64,000 bases of DNA, taken from NCBI GenBank assembly GCA_038146945.1, contig JAYQSR010000015.1, positions 12,205 through 76,204 of the forward strand, read 5' to 3'. Made by a program: the position numbers and the translations under genes. Below, piece by piece: positions 41,001-49,593 of this stretch; the stretch's first letter is position 1; each line of letters opens with the position of its first letter. The notes under the pieces are model-generated. The model did no database searches. It saw nothing but the letters and a program-made list of their open reading frames with translations, and was not told the DNA's origin. This DNA is from Ilumatobacteraceae bacterium. GTDB taxonomy: Bacteria; Actinomycetota; Acidimicrobiia; Acidimicrobiales; Ilumatobacteraceae.

Positions 41001-41486
41001 TGCGGACCACGCCTGCTGTATGGAGAGGTACGCAGCCAGGGCAGAGCGACTTGCACTCACACCAGCCATTGCATCAACGGCCAATGCCGTACGAATGCGA
41101 TCCTTACGGAGCGCCCACGCCGCATCACGCAACGCGGTGAGCAGGTTTGCGGTGCGCTCGAGTGCGGCAGCCCCCGCCGATGCGTCAGCACGCTCGAGCT
41201 GGCGATCTGCCTCGACAACGCGCGAATCCAACTGGTCGAGACGGCTGGTGAGCCCGGTGATGAACTCACGATTGCCCGCCATCAGCCACATTCCGGCGTC
41301 ACCGCGCAATGCGGTGTCGACGCTGGCGGCTGTCTCCGCCATCCGTTTCAGATCGGCATCGGCCGGAAGCACCTGACCCGAAGCAGCCCAGGTGCTCAAG
41401 ACGGCGTCGAGACGCTCCAACAAGGTGGCACCGACGGGAACCTCGCGGGTTTCGGGGCGCGACAACACCGCGATGATGCCGCACAT
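38049..41486 (-). CDS. Giant GlmS-like protein: class-II (Ntn) glutamine amidotransferase with a large insertion, two SIS-like domains and a ~195-aa unknown C-terminal extension (1145 aa)
   Basis: ORF 38049..41825; the credible start is ATG 41486 (MCGIIAVLS). GlmS blocks in order: RLEVRGRDSAG, GHTRWASVG..NAHP, LNGDVDNHADLR, IAISQSGTTTDT, EDKKHIDLS, HQAKTITVG. See findings for the insertions and a possible artefactual fusion. Confidence 0.7.
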   Translation of the reverse strand: MCGIIAVLSRPETREVPVGATLLERLDAVLSTWAASGQVLPADADLKRMAETAASVDTALRGDAGMWLMAGNREFITGLTSRLDQLDSRVVEADRQLERADASAGAAALERTANLLTALRDAAWALRKDRIRTALAVDAMAGVSASRSALAAYLSIQQAWSAIDRLEVRGRDSAGVHVMVWNHGLRSDDVRVATLLGNRHDDSLFTSGAVRVTRNAWSFVYKAAAEIGELGDNTRVMRNAVVNDDLLRLLVSQPDARVAVLGHTRWASVGIISEPNAHPVNSDELESSGDTAYLVAALNGDVDNHADLRARHELRMAQPITTDAKVIPALVSRQLAEGATLSDAFRETVSTFDGSMAIAVASADEPDTLLLALKGSGQGLCIGLAENRYVVASEPYGLVEETQRYVRMDGESLAHPDRPSSRGQVAVLDGARAGASEGITLLAYDGTALNVGEGNTLTAEVTTRDIDRGDHHHFLAKEINEAPRSFAKTLRGRIVERNSQLMVSLDESQLPKQIVDELAAGTLRRVQVIGQGTAAIAGRSLANLLKQLTHDQLRVEALPATELSGFGLALDMSDTLIIAISQSGTTTDTNRTVDLARSRGARVLAIVNRRGSELSAKADGVIYTSDGRDVEMSVASTKAFYAQVAAGAIVSCAIAQVITVGGEDDRHQLLAALRSLPAELVEVLQLQPKIADAARNFATSRRYWTVVGNGANAVAAEEVRIKLSELCYKSIACDITEDKKHIDLSCEPLIFVCAAGLSGGNATDVAKEIEIYRAHKALPIVVATRGEERFGAAAAVIEVPPVDHRVAFVLSVMVGHLFGYEAALAIDSLARTLRQTREVVEHAVERGGQGAALLDKVHAEIGVVANRFFDALATGAYDGNLEASTAVRVVGMLRTAMSPNPLQTYQRDFGKIATPEALLDDITSALTRAIDELTRPIDAIKHQAKTITVGISRSEEGLLDRPLVKAVLNAGAARERLPYGVLKVLADIDPAISSVVGFTRYRIEGDPASPESTVMIVDRGGIARDLQSRVDTSNALRGTKRRVAMSQEVLVARGRRDSRTVILVPETKGSETTGITLLHVLFHDRLPAGVMKQVLKGYDNRYERLVDAVTETETSFREDRLGEVSVADALILPITSTADMWRAGD

Positions 41487-41500
41487 GAGGGGAATTCTAC

Positions 41501-42842
41501 CTATGAATGAGCAGCGACGACCTGCTCGAGTCGCTCGGCAACTCCGTCGGCAATGGACTGCGACTCGGCTTCGACCATGATGCGAACCACGGGCTCGGTT
41601 CCGGATGCGCGCACGACGATTCGACCGTTGTCGCCGAGCAATGCTTCTTCGCGCGCAAGATCCTCTTTGATGAGTGCTGCCACATCCTTCGGATTCTTGG
41701 TCACTCGCACGTTGCGCAAGACCTGTGGCATACGGGTCATGACCGCGTCGGAGAGCGCTGACAACGCGCCACCACTTCGACGAACGAGATCCCGGCAACA
41801 ACAGTGCCGACAAATATTCCGTCACTCAGTCGTTGCGTATCGAGCATGAAGAAATATGTCCACTCTGTTCCGCCGAGCAATGAAGCCGCCTTCCCTCCAT
41901 GGCGCCCAGTACGGCACGATCACCAACATCGGTGGTCACCGTGATGTGTTCCCGGTGCATGGCCCGGTGAAATCCCAGGTTCGTCATGCTGGTCACGACG
42001 ACCGTGTCGTTGCGCAGATCCCCGCGACGATGCAGGTCGACCGCGGCCAGGGCAATCAGTCGATCGCCGTCGACCACGTTGCCGCGTTCGTCCACCGCGA
42101 TGAGTCGATCGCCATCACCGTCGAACGCGATTCCCGGCACGCCGCGTTCTGCGCACCGTGTCGCCAAACCCTCGGGGTGCGTGGCGCCACAGGCGTCGTT
42201 GATGTTGCGCCCGGTGGGGGCATCGTTCAGGATGGTTGCACGCAGTCCGAGTGCCGAAGTGACCTGCTCGGCCACGGAACTGGTGGCGCCGTTGGCACAA
42301 TCGACGATCACTTCGGTGCCGCTAAACGATGTGATGTTCAACGTTGTGGTCATCGCCTCGATGTACGCGGCGCCCACCGATTCGTCCACCGTCGGAACGT
42401 CGGCCGTACCCGTCAACGAGGATGGCGCTGGGTCAGCGGATTCACGCTGCTCGTGCCAATGGGATTCGATTCGCTGCTGGGTATCGTCGGTGAGTTTTCT
42501 ACCGCCGGGTGCGAACACCTTCACACCGTTGTCGTGCCATGGGTTGTGCGATGCAGTGATTGCGACCGCAAGGCAGTCACCGGAGTGAGCAGCATGCGCC
42601 AGTGCCGGTGTTGGTAGGAGCCCTGCGTTCACCACCTCGTTGCCCTGTGACCTGGCGCCTCGTGCGAAGGCGGCCAGCAATGCAGGACCGCTTTCACGGC
42701 CGTCATGTCCCAGCACCACACGAGTACCCGGCCACTCCCTGGCCACGGCGACACCGATCAGTTCGACATCGCGCTCGCCGAGTTCCGAACCGACGCGACC
42801 ACGTACCCCGTCGGTACCGAAACGAAGACGATGCGCAGGCAA
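41501..42842 (-). CDS. glmM: Phosphoglucosamine mutase GlmM, multiple frameshifts as assembled
   Basis: ORF 41826..42842 (..FGTDGVRG.., ..ITASHNPWHDNGVK.., ..FDGDGDRL..) plus ORF 41501..41764 (..MPQVLRNVRV..VRASGTEPVVRIMVEAE..). The conserved sequence between them (GGEQSGHI, LDTQR.SDGILSALLL, DLVRRSGGALSALSD) is recovered only by hopping frames within 41760-41900. Confidence 0.8.
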
Positions 42843-42847
42843 GCGGT

Positions 42848-43243
42848 CTAGCGCTTGGTGTACTGCGGCGCCTTGCGCGCCTTCTTCAATCCGTACTTCT
42901 TGCTTTCCTTCTTGCGGGCATCGCGCGCGAGCAATCCCGCACGCTTCAAGATTGGGCGGTGTGTTGGATCGAGTTCGACCAACGAACGCGCCACGGCGAG
43001 ACGCATCGCACCGGATTGACCCGCGCTACCCCCACCAACGATGTCGACGTCGATGTCGTACGTCTGCAGGGTGCTGGTGATTCGCAGTGCCTCGGTGGCA
43101 TTGTTGCGATGGATGGCGGTCGGAAAATACTCGTTGAACGCCCGACCGTTGACGGTCACATTGCCCGAGCCTGGGCGCAGACGAACTCGTGATACCGCGC
43201 TCTTGCGGCGACCTGTGGTTTGGGTGAGTGGCTTGGTTGCCAT
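42848..43243 (-). CDS. rpsI: 30S ribosomal protein S9
   Basis: ..GRRKSAVSRVRLRPGSG..GGGSAGQSGAMRLAVARSL..ARKAPQYTKR. Intact. Confidence 0.95.
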   Translation of the reverse strand: MATKPLTQTTGRRKSAVSRVRLRPGSGNVTVNGRAFNEYFPTAIHRNNATEALRITSTLQTYDIDVDIVGGGSAGQSGAMRLAVARSLVELDPTHRPILKRAGLLARDARKKESKKYGLKKARKAPQYTKR

Positions 43244-43281
43244 GTCGTGTTGTGTTCCTCTCGTGGAAATCGTGACGTGTC

Positions 43282-43728
43282 TTAACGAACCTTGGCGTCG
43301 CTCATGTCGACCGGCTGCGGTTGCTGTGCAACGTGTGGATGTTCGGCGCCCGGGTACACCTGCAACTTCTTGATCATCGCGCGACCAAGACGGCCCTTCG
43401 GCAACATCCCGTGCACGGTTCGACGGATCGCCGCCTCGGGCTTGCGATCCAGGAACTGTGAATACTTCTCCACGCTGATACCACCCGGGAAACCGCTGTG
43501 ACGTGCGACGATCTTGTCGTCGGCCTTGCCACTGGTGAGCACCACCTTGGAGGCGTTGATGATGATGACGTGATCGCCGGTGTCCATGCTCGGGGTGAAC
43601 ATCGGCTTGTGCTTACCACGCAACAACGTGGCAACGGTGGTGCACATACGACCGAGTACCAGACCCTCTGCGTCGATGACGTGCCACGCACGCTGCACAT
43701 CGCCTGGCTTTGCCGTGTAGGTCCGCAT
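43282..43728 (-). CDS. rplM: 50S ribosomal protein L13
   Basis: ORF 43282..43776; ATG at 43728 gives MRTYTAKPGDVQRAWHVIDAEGLVLGRM..GKHKPMFTP.. Intact. Confidence 0.95.
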   Translation of the reverse strand: MRTYTAKPGDVQRAWHVIDAEGLVLGRMCTTVATLLRGKHKPMFTPSMDTGDHVIIINASKVVLTSGKADDKIVARHSGFPGGISVEKYSQFLDRKPEAAIRRTVHGMLPKGRLGRAMIKKLQVYPGAEHPHVAQQPQPVDMSDAKVR

Positions 43729-43824
43729 GTCGTTTGCCTTTCGATCTGACGGTTGCGCATCCGTGGCGGCGCACACCCGACTTATGAAGGATACGGCGAT
43801 TTTCGGCCCGTCACACGTGTCGTG

Positions 43825-44932
43825 TTATCGCCGAGCCAGCGAGCCCAACCACGCCGCAACACGACCCGCGAACGCCCGACCCGAGTAGTGCTCGAGCACA
43901 CGTCTCCGGCACTGTTCCCGAGGAATCGTGTCCAGACGCCCAACTGGCCTCGACCACCGCGTCACGCTGTCGGTGCAACCACGAACCCAGTCGTCCCGTT
44001 TTTGCACGATTTCTGCCGCCCCTCGGTCGTAGGTAATCACGGCACACACACGCCATGGCTTCGATCGCCACGTTGCCGAATGCCTCCACCCATCGATGCA
44101 CCATCAGGAGTGCTGCACACTCCCCGAGTTGCCGTTGAAGGTCCTGCGTGGAGAGGAACCCCTCGTAGGTCACTCGTGCACCGGGAAATGCCCGTGCTGC
44201 GGCATCCCACACGGCACGATCCTCCATCACACCGAATGCGCGAACTCGCCGATTGCTCGCCGCCGATACGGCGAACACGTCCTCGATGCCCTTTTCTCGT
44301 GAGATACGGCCGACGTATGCAAGGTCGTCACCTGCATGAGGCGAAAACTCGTACCGTTCCACGTCGATTCCGCTCCCGACGATGGTGACGCCACTCGCTA
44401 CGTCAGCGCCGAACGTTTCCGCCTGAGCGCGACTGTGCATGGCCACGCATCCGGGGGGGGTGGTCATCACGGAACGTACGGCGAGATCCATTTCATCACT
44501 CAGCGATCCCATGCTCACCAAGTGCGCCACGGGAACACCGATTGCATCGGCCTCGGAAAACGGCAGTACGTCGTAGGCGAAGTTGAGAACGACGTCGAAT
44601 CTCTCGGTGCCGGCGAGTTCGATCACGCGGTGCCACATGTTTTGCAGGACCGAATTCGCAGGCACCGAGAGCGGCGCGGATCGATCGCGCGTCTGGCTCG
44701 GTACGTGCAACGCTCCCGCAACCTCCACCAATCGGACCGCACCGATCCCCGATCGTTCCGACGCGGAGTTCGACTCGGACAGCGTCAATACCGAGCCGAG
44801 CGGTGCAACGACGGTGACCGAATGCCCCATCTCTGACAATCCGTCCGCCAACGTGCGCAACGTGAGCTCGACCCCACCGCCGATACCGGAGCCGAGTGGT
44901 CCGACCGAAGTCGACACGAAGACGATGCGCAC
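43825..44932 (-). CDS. GT4-type glycosyltransferase, several frameshifts in its C-terminal part as assembled
   Basis: ORF 43811..44989 (likely GTG start at 44932: VRIVFVSTSVGPLGSGIGGGVE..). After ..EAFGNVAIEAMAC the conserved sequence (VPVITYDRGAAEIV, NGTTGFVVAP, VGRLDTIPREQCRRRVLEHYS) is spread over three frames within about 43920-44060. The final frame is that of ORF 43825..44049. Confidence 0.7.
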
Positions 44933-44949
44933 GAACGACCAGCCAGCGA

Positions 44950-45792
44950 CTACTCGACGGGAGTCGGGTAGCCAACTTCCCAGAGGCACAGTCCGTGTGG
45001 CGGTGCAATCGGCGATGCATCCTGGCGGCGTCCCGATCGGATGAGCGACATCATGTCACTCGGCGGTCGCTTCCCCAATCCGATGTCTGTGAAAGTGCCC
45101 ACCAGCGAACGCACCATTTGATGGCAGAACGCGTTCGCCCGAATCTCGAACAGCGCAAGGTCACCCTCACGGCGCCAGGTCGCTTGCATGACGAAGCGCT
45201 TCATCGAAACGGGCTTCATGGACACGGGCTCCATGGTCACGGCCTCCATGGACACAGCTTCCGACCGCTGCCTGGTCTGCTTCTTTTCGCTCGAATCCGG
45301 CTTGCGACAGAAGGCCGAGAAATCCCGCGAACCCATCACTGCGTCGCATGCCAACTGCATCGGACGAATGTCCAGCGGAGTTCTCACATGCCATGCCGTG
45401 GCGGCCACGAACGGATCGGGTGTCGGAGTATTCAGGATGGTGTATCGATAGTGACGCCAAATCGCCGTGTATCGGGCGTGGAAGGTTGCCTCCGCCCACC
45501 GCGCATCCCGTACCGCAATGTGCGGGCCACAGAGGGAATTCAACTTCTTGGGCAACGAATCCAACTTCACACTCCCGGGTAGCTGCACGCTCACCACCTG
45601 ACCTCGCGCATGCACACCCGCGTCGGTGCGTCCCGCGGCCACCAACTCCACTTCCGTCTGGGTGATTTTTTCCAGGGCCTCGGTCAGCGCACCCGCCACC
45701 GTTGGTACTTCCGGGTTCGGGGCAAAACCGTGAAACAGGCTGCCGTTGTAGGCAATCGTCAGGCGAGCAGTACGAAGCCGTGTGGAACTCAC
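44950..45792 (-). CDS. truA: tRNA pseudouridine(38-40) synthase TruA with an internal repeat insertion
   Basis: GTG start. ..IAYNGSLFHGF.., ..AAGRTDAGVHARGQV.. (catalytic Asp), ..RHYRY.., ..DFSAFC.., ..FCHQMVRSLVG.. Confidence 0.9.
   Translation of the reverse strand: MSSTRLRTARLTIAYNGSLFHGFAPNPEVPTVAGALTEALEKITQTEVELVAAGRTDAGVHARGQVVSVQLPGSVKLDSLPKKLNSLCGPHIAVRDARWAEATFHARYTAIWRHYRYTILNTPTPDPFVAATAWHVRTPLDIRPMQLACDAVMGSRDFSAFCRKPDSSEKKQTRQRSEAVSMEAVTMEPVSMKPVSMKRFVMQATWRREGDLALFEIRANAFCHQMVRSLVGTFTDIGLGKRPPSDMMSLIRSGRRQDASPIAPPHGLCLWEVGYPTPVE
45199..45258. repeat. 15-bp x 4 in-frame tandem repeat inside truA
   Basis: cttcatcgaaacggg / cttcatggacacggg / ctccatggtcacggc / ctccatggacacagc. 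On the coding strand this encodes ..AVSMEAVTMEPVSMKPVSMK... Confidence 0.85.
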
Positions 45793-45804
45793 GGCCGGAA
45801 CGAA

Positions 45805-46173
45805 CTAGACGAGTTCGATCCGCGCCATTGGTGCGCGATCGCCGTTGCGCTCGCCGAGTTTGAGAATGCGAACGTATCCGCCATTTCGCTCCATGTATCG
45901 CGGGGCAACGTTCTTGACGAGCTTGTTCGTCATCTCCTTGTCGTTCAGGTACGCCTGAATCTGACGAATTTTGTGGAGGCTGGCAGCGTCGTTGTTTTGT
46001 GCCTTCTTGGCCTTGGAGATGAGTCGTTCGGCGATCGGACGCAACGCCTTGGCTTTCGCTTCGGTGGTTTCGATCCCCTCGGCAGCAAACAAGGATGCGG
46101 CCAAGTTGGCGAGCATCAGTCGCTGGTGTCCGGCAGAGCCGCCAAACTTCTTGCTACGGCGTGGTTCTGGCAT
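45805..46173 (-). CDS. rplQ: 50S ribosomal protein L17
   Basis: MPEPRRSKKFGGSAGHQRLMLANLAASLF..GGYVRILKLG.RNGD.APMARIELV. Intact. Confidence 0.95.
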   Translation of the reverse strand: MPEPRRSKKFGGSAGHQRLMLANLAASLFAAEGIETTEAKAKALRPIAERLISKAKKAQNNDAASLHKIRQIQAYLNDKEMTNKLVKNVAPRYMERNGGYVRILKLGERNGDRAPMARIELV

Positions 46174-46204
46174 GAGTGATCGTCTCCTTGGTGTTGGCTA
46201 CGCG

Positions 46205-47138
46205 TCAGACGCGCAGTGCGAGCCCACGCTCGTCGAGTTTGCCGCGCACCTCTGCGATGCTTTGTGCGCCGAAGTTCGGTAGACCAACCAGTTCTTCCTC
46301 GGTGCGAAGCACGAGGTCGCCGATGGTGTCGATTTTTGCACGCTTCAGGCAGTTGTACGGGCGCTGCGAGAGCATGAGGTCTTCGATCGGCATGTCGAGC
46401 TCCGGTGATCCCGAACCACTCAACGTGGACTCACCGAGTTCGATGGCGATCGGCTCCTCGCTCAGGGACGCCACGAGATCCAGCAGGTTACGCAGCGTCG
46501 CACCAGCGGATGCCAGGGCTTCGGCCGGCGTGATCGAACCGTCGGTCTCGATATCGAGGATGAGGTTGTCGTAGTTGGTGGACTGGGCGACACGGGTGGG
46601 CTCCACCTCGAAGGTCACACGGCGAACCGGCGAGAACAACGCATCAACGGGAATCACGCCAATGGTGCGGCGCCCGGCATCACGGTCGCTACCGAGATAG
46701 CCCTTGCCCCGCTCGATGGTGATTTCCATCGACAAACTGCCCTTGGCCGACAACGTTGCGATGTGCTGCTTGCCGTTCACGAACTCCACTCCGGCGGGGA
46801 AGACTGATGTCGCCGGCGGTGAGTTCCTTGGGGCCGGTGGCATCGATGCGAACCGACACCACGTCGTCGACCTCGCTCTTCACCACGATGTCCTTCAGGT
46901 TGAGGATGATCTCGGTGACGTCCTCGGTGACACCTTCAATGGTGGTGAACTCGTGGAGGGCCTTGTCGAACTTCACCGACGTGACGGCAGCACCGGGAAT
47001 GGTGGAGAGCAACATTCGACGCAGCGAGTTGCCGATGGTGTGACCGAGACCCGGCTCCAGTGGTGACACGGAGAACTTCTGGCGATTGTTGACCGAATCG
47101 CCGACTGCAGAGACGGTGGGGCGCTGAATGACGAGCAT
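46205..47138 (-). CDS. rpoA: DNA-directed RNA polymerase alpha subunit, one frameshift as assembled
   Basis: N-terminus [31 protein letters not shown].. (ORF 46689..47186, ATG at 47138) joins ..[35 protein letters not shown].. (ORF 46205..46843). Removing one base from the GGGG run at 46796-46799 gives ..DISLPAGVEF... Confidence 0.9.
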
Positions 47139-47166
47139 GGTGGTATCTCCTGGCTGTTGGTGGGGT

Positions 47167-47786
47167 TTACTTCGAGTAGAGCTCAACGATGAGTTGTTCC
47201 TTCACAGGAACATCGATCTGTTCGCGTGTCGGCACGTCGCGCACGGCAACGGCCTTGCCGCCATCCTGGGCATCGAGCCACGCCCACGCTGCCCTTGACC
47301 GAGGGTGTCGATGTTGTGCTGGATGACGATCATGTTGCGGGCCTTGTCCGACAGGCTGACCACTTGACCCTTGGCCAGGGTGTACGAGGGGATGTTCACC
47401 CGCTTGCCGTCGACCTTGATCAAGCCGTGACTGACGAACTGACGGGCCTGCGGGCGCGATGCCGCCCAACCGGCGCGATACACCACGTTGTCGAGTCGCA
47501 ACTCGAGCAGGCGCAGGATGTTTTCGCCCGTGGGTCCGGCAAGTCGCACGGCTTCGAGATAAATCTTGTGGAATTGACGCTCGAGAACGCCGTAGATGTA
47601 CTTGGCCTTCTGCTTTTCCTGCAACTGGTTGAGGTATTCCCCATCGCTCGAGCGACGTCGCGTGCGGCCATGTGCGCCTGGTGGGAAGGGACGACGCTCC
47701 AGCGCCTTGGTGCCCTTGGCGTTCTCGAAGACGTTGATACCGAGACGGCGGGAGATGCGAACTTTCGGACCTGTGTAACGAGCCAT
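47167..47786 (-). CDS. rpsD: 30S ribosomal protein S4, one frameshift near the C-terminus as assembled
   Basis: [39 protein letters not shown].. (ORF 47202..47786). The conserved end ..[38 protein letters not shown] lies in the frame of ORF 47167..47469. The switch is at about 47285-47295. Confidence 0.9.
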
Positions 47787-47788
47787 GA

Positions 47789-48196
47789 CTACGGACGCTT
47801 CCTCTTTGGTTGACGACAGCCGTTGTGCGGAACCGGGCTCACGTCCTTCACCCCGGTGACTTCGATACCGAGGTTCTGGATCGAGCGCAGTGCCGTATCA
47901 CGTCCGGAGCCGGGTCCCTTCACCAGTACTTCGGCGCGACGCAGTCCCATTTCCATCGCTGCTCGACCGGCCTTTTCGGCGGCCATCTGTGCGGCGAACG
48001 GAGTGCTCTTGCGCGATCCGGAGAATCCCACGCCACCCGACGACGCCCAGGCAATGACGTTGCCCGAAGCGTCCGTGATGGACACGATGGTGTTGTTGAA
48101 GGTGCTCTTGATGTGCACCACGCCGGAGTTGACGTTCTTGCGCTCACGCTTGCGCGACTTGCGCGGTGCTGCTGGTGTTGCTGACGTGTCCGACAT
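47789..48196 (-). CDS. rpsK: 30S ribosomal protein S11
   Basis: ..[59 protein letters not shown]. Intact. Confidence 0.95.
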   Translation of the reverse strand: MSDTSATPAAPRKSRKRERKNVNSGVVHIKSTFNNTIVSITDASGNVIAWASSGGVGFSGSRKSTPFAAQMAAEKAGRAAMEMGLRRAEVLVKGPGSGRDTALRSIQNLGIEVTGVKDVSPVPHNGCRQPKRKRP

Positions 48197-48578
48197 TTAC
48201 TTCCTCACGGCGACTTTCTTGTTGGCGACGGTCTTCTTGGGTCCCTTGCGGGTACGGGCGTTGGTGTGGGTGCGCTGACCGCGGACCGGGAAGGCCCTTG
48301 CGATGACGCGATCCCTGGTACGAACCGGTCTCGATCTTGCGCTTGATGTCCTGCTGCACGTCGCGACGGCGATCGCCCTCCACCTTCAGGTTGTTTTCGA
48401 TGTACACACGAATCTTGTTGACGTCGGAGTCGGAGAGGTCACGTACGCGTGCGCTCGGGTTGATGCCCAAGTCCTGGCACATCTTGACCGATGACGGACG
48501 GCCGATGCCGTGGATGTAGGTGAGTGCAATTTCCACCCGCTTCTCGCGCGGGATGTCGACTCCGGAGATACGTGCCAT
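48197..48578 (-). CDS. rpsM: 30S ribosomal protein S13, one frameshift as assembled
   Basis: [26 protein letters not shown].. up to ..RHRKGLP. Removing one base at 48286-48287 restores [29 protein letters not shown], with TAA at 48197-48199. Confidence 0.9.
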
Positions 48579-48591
48579 GTGATGAAACCTC

Positions 48592-48705
48592 TTAACCCTG
48601 ACGCTGCTTGTGTCGTGGGTTCTCGCAAATCACCATGATGCGACCATGGCGACGAATGACCTTGCACTTCTCGCACATCTTCTTGACGCTTGGTCGGACC
48701 TTCAC
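48592..48705 (-). CDS. rpmJ: 50S ribosomal protein L36
   Basis: Not in the ORF track (37 aa). GTG start; (M)[36 protein letters not shown]. Confidence 0.9.
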   Translation of the reverse strand: MKVRPSVKKMCEKCKVIRRHGRIMVICENPRHKQRQG

Positions 48706-48718
48706 GATGAACTCTTTC

Positions 48719-48943
48719 TTATTTGAACCTGAATGTGATACGACCCCGGGTGAGGTCGTACGGTGATAACTCGACTTGTACTCGATCCCCTGGGTTGATT
48801 CGGATGTAATTCACCCGCATCTTCCCCGAGATGTGCGCCAAGACGGAACGCCCGTTGGAAAGTTCCACTCGAAACATTGCGTTGGGCAACGATTCGGTGA
48901 TCGTGCCTTCCAGCACGATGGCATCTTCCTTGTTTTTTGCCAG
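48719..48943 (-). CDS. infA: Translation initiation factor IF-1
   Basis: ORF 48719..48916 lacks the conserved N-terminus. Extending in frame gives (L)[27 protein letters not shown]... The only start-like codon is CTG at 48941-48943, 6 nt after GAAGGAG. Confidence 0.8.
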   Translation of the reverse strand: MAKNKEDAIVLEGTITESLPNAMFRVELSNGRSVLAHISGKMRVNYIRINPGDRVQVELSPYDLTRGRITFRFK

Positions 48944-48981
48944 AACTGACTCCTTCGGGCCCCGCAGGGCGACTCAGAACG

Positions 48982-49593
48982 CTATCGGGACGTCCGCCCG
49001 TCGCCACCCGGGGCGGTAATCCCCGTGGCATTGACGATGGCCGACACCATACGGGCAAAGACGTCCTCGGGCGACCCCACCCCATCGACCACGGCCAAGA
49101 CTCCCTGTTTTCGGTAGTGAGCAATCAGTGGTGCGGTTTGCTCCTCGTAAAGGGCCAAACGACGCTCGACGGCCTCCGGCGCGTCATCGGCGCGCTGTTC
49201 GGCTGCGCGCCGGGCAGTCAGTCGTTCGATCACCAGTTCGCGTGGCACCTCGAGGTCCACCACCACGTTGATCGGACGAGCACGAGCGATGTCGTCGAGT
49301 GCAATGGCTTGTGGCAACGTGCGCGGAAATCCATCGAGTAGGTACCCGTGCGTGCGTGCATCGGGCTCGCCCAGTCGCCCTTGCACGAGACTGCCCATCA
49401 GTTCGTCGTTGACCAGTCCGCCGTTGTCGATGATTTCCTTCACCGCCTTGCCGACCGGCGTGGCGTTCTTGATCGCACTTCGCAACATGTCGCCGGTAGA
49501 GATGTGTGCGATGCCGTAGTGCACCGCCAGTCGCGCGCCCTGCGTTCCCTTCCCCGAACCTTGCCGGCCAAGCAGGACCAGCCGAATCGTCAC
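48982..49593 (-). CDS. adk: Adenylate kinase (short lid, no zinc-finger cysteines)
   Basis: MTIRLVLLGRQGSGKGTQGARLA..ISTGDMLR..GYLLDGFPRT.. Confidence 0.9.
   Translation of the reverse strand: MTIRLVLLGRQGSGKGTQGARLAVHYGIAHISTGDMLRSAIKNATPVGKAVKEIIDNGGLVNDELMGSLVQGRLGEPDARTHGYLLDGFPRTLPQAIALDDIARARPINVVVDLEVPRELVIERLTARRAAEQRADDAPEAVERRLALYEEQTAPLIAHYRKQGVLAVVDGVGSPEDVFARMVSAIVNATGITAPGGDGRTSR

Noticed and set aside
41487-41825. 113-codon N-terminal extension of the giant ORF 38049..41825 (total 1258 aa)
   Set aside because: It is Arg/Ser-rich junk in the same frame as the broken glmM ORF, reading through the garbled glmM 3-prime region. The conserved Ntn start MCGII at 41486 is the credible start.
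46796-46799. Programmed ribosomal frameshifting or read-through as an explanation for the many shifted genes (rpoA, rpsD, rpsM, rplF, rplP, tuf and others)
   Set aside because: There are too many sites, in both directions, often paired within a few codons. I saw no common slippery motif or downstream structure, and many sites sit in homopolymers. Sequence error is far more parsimonious.
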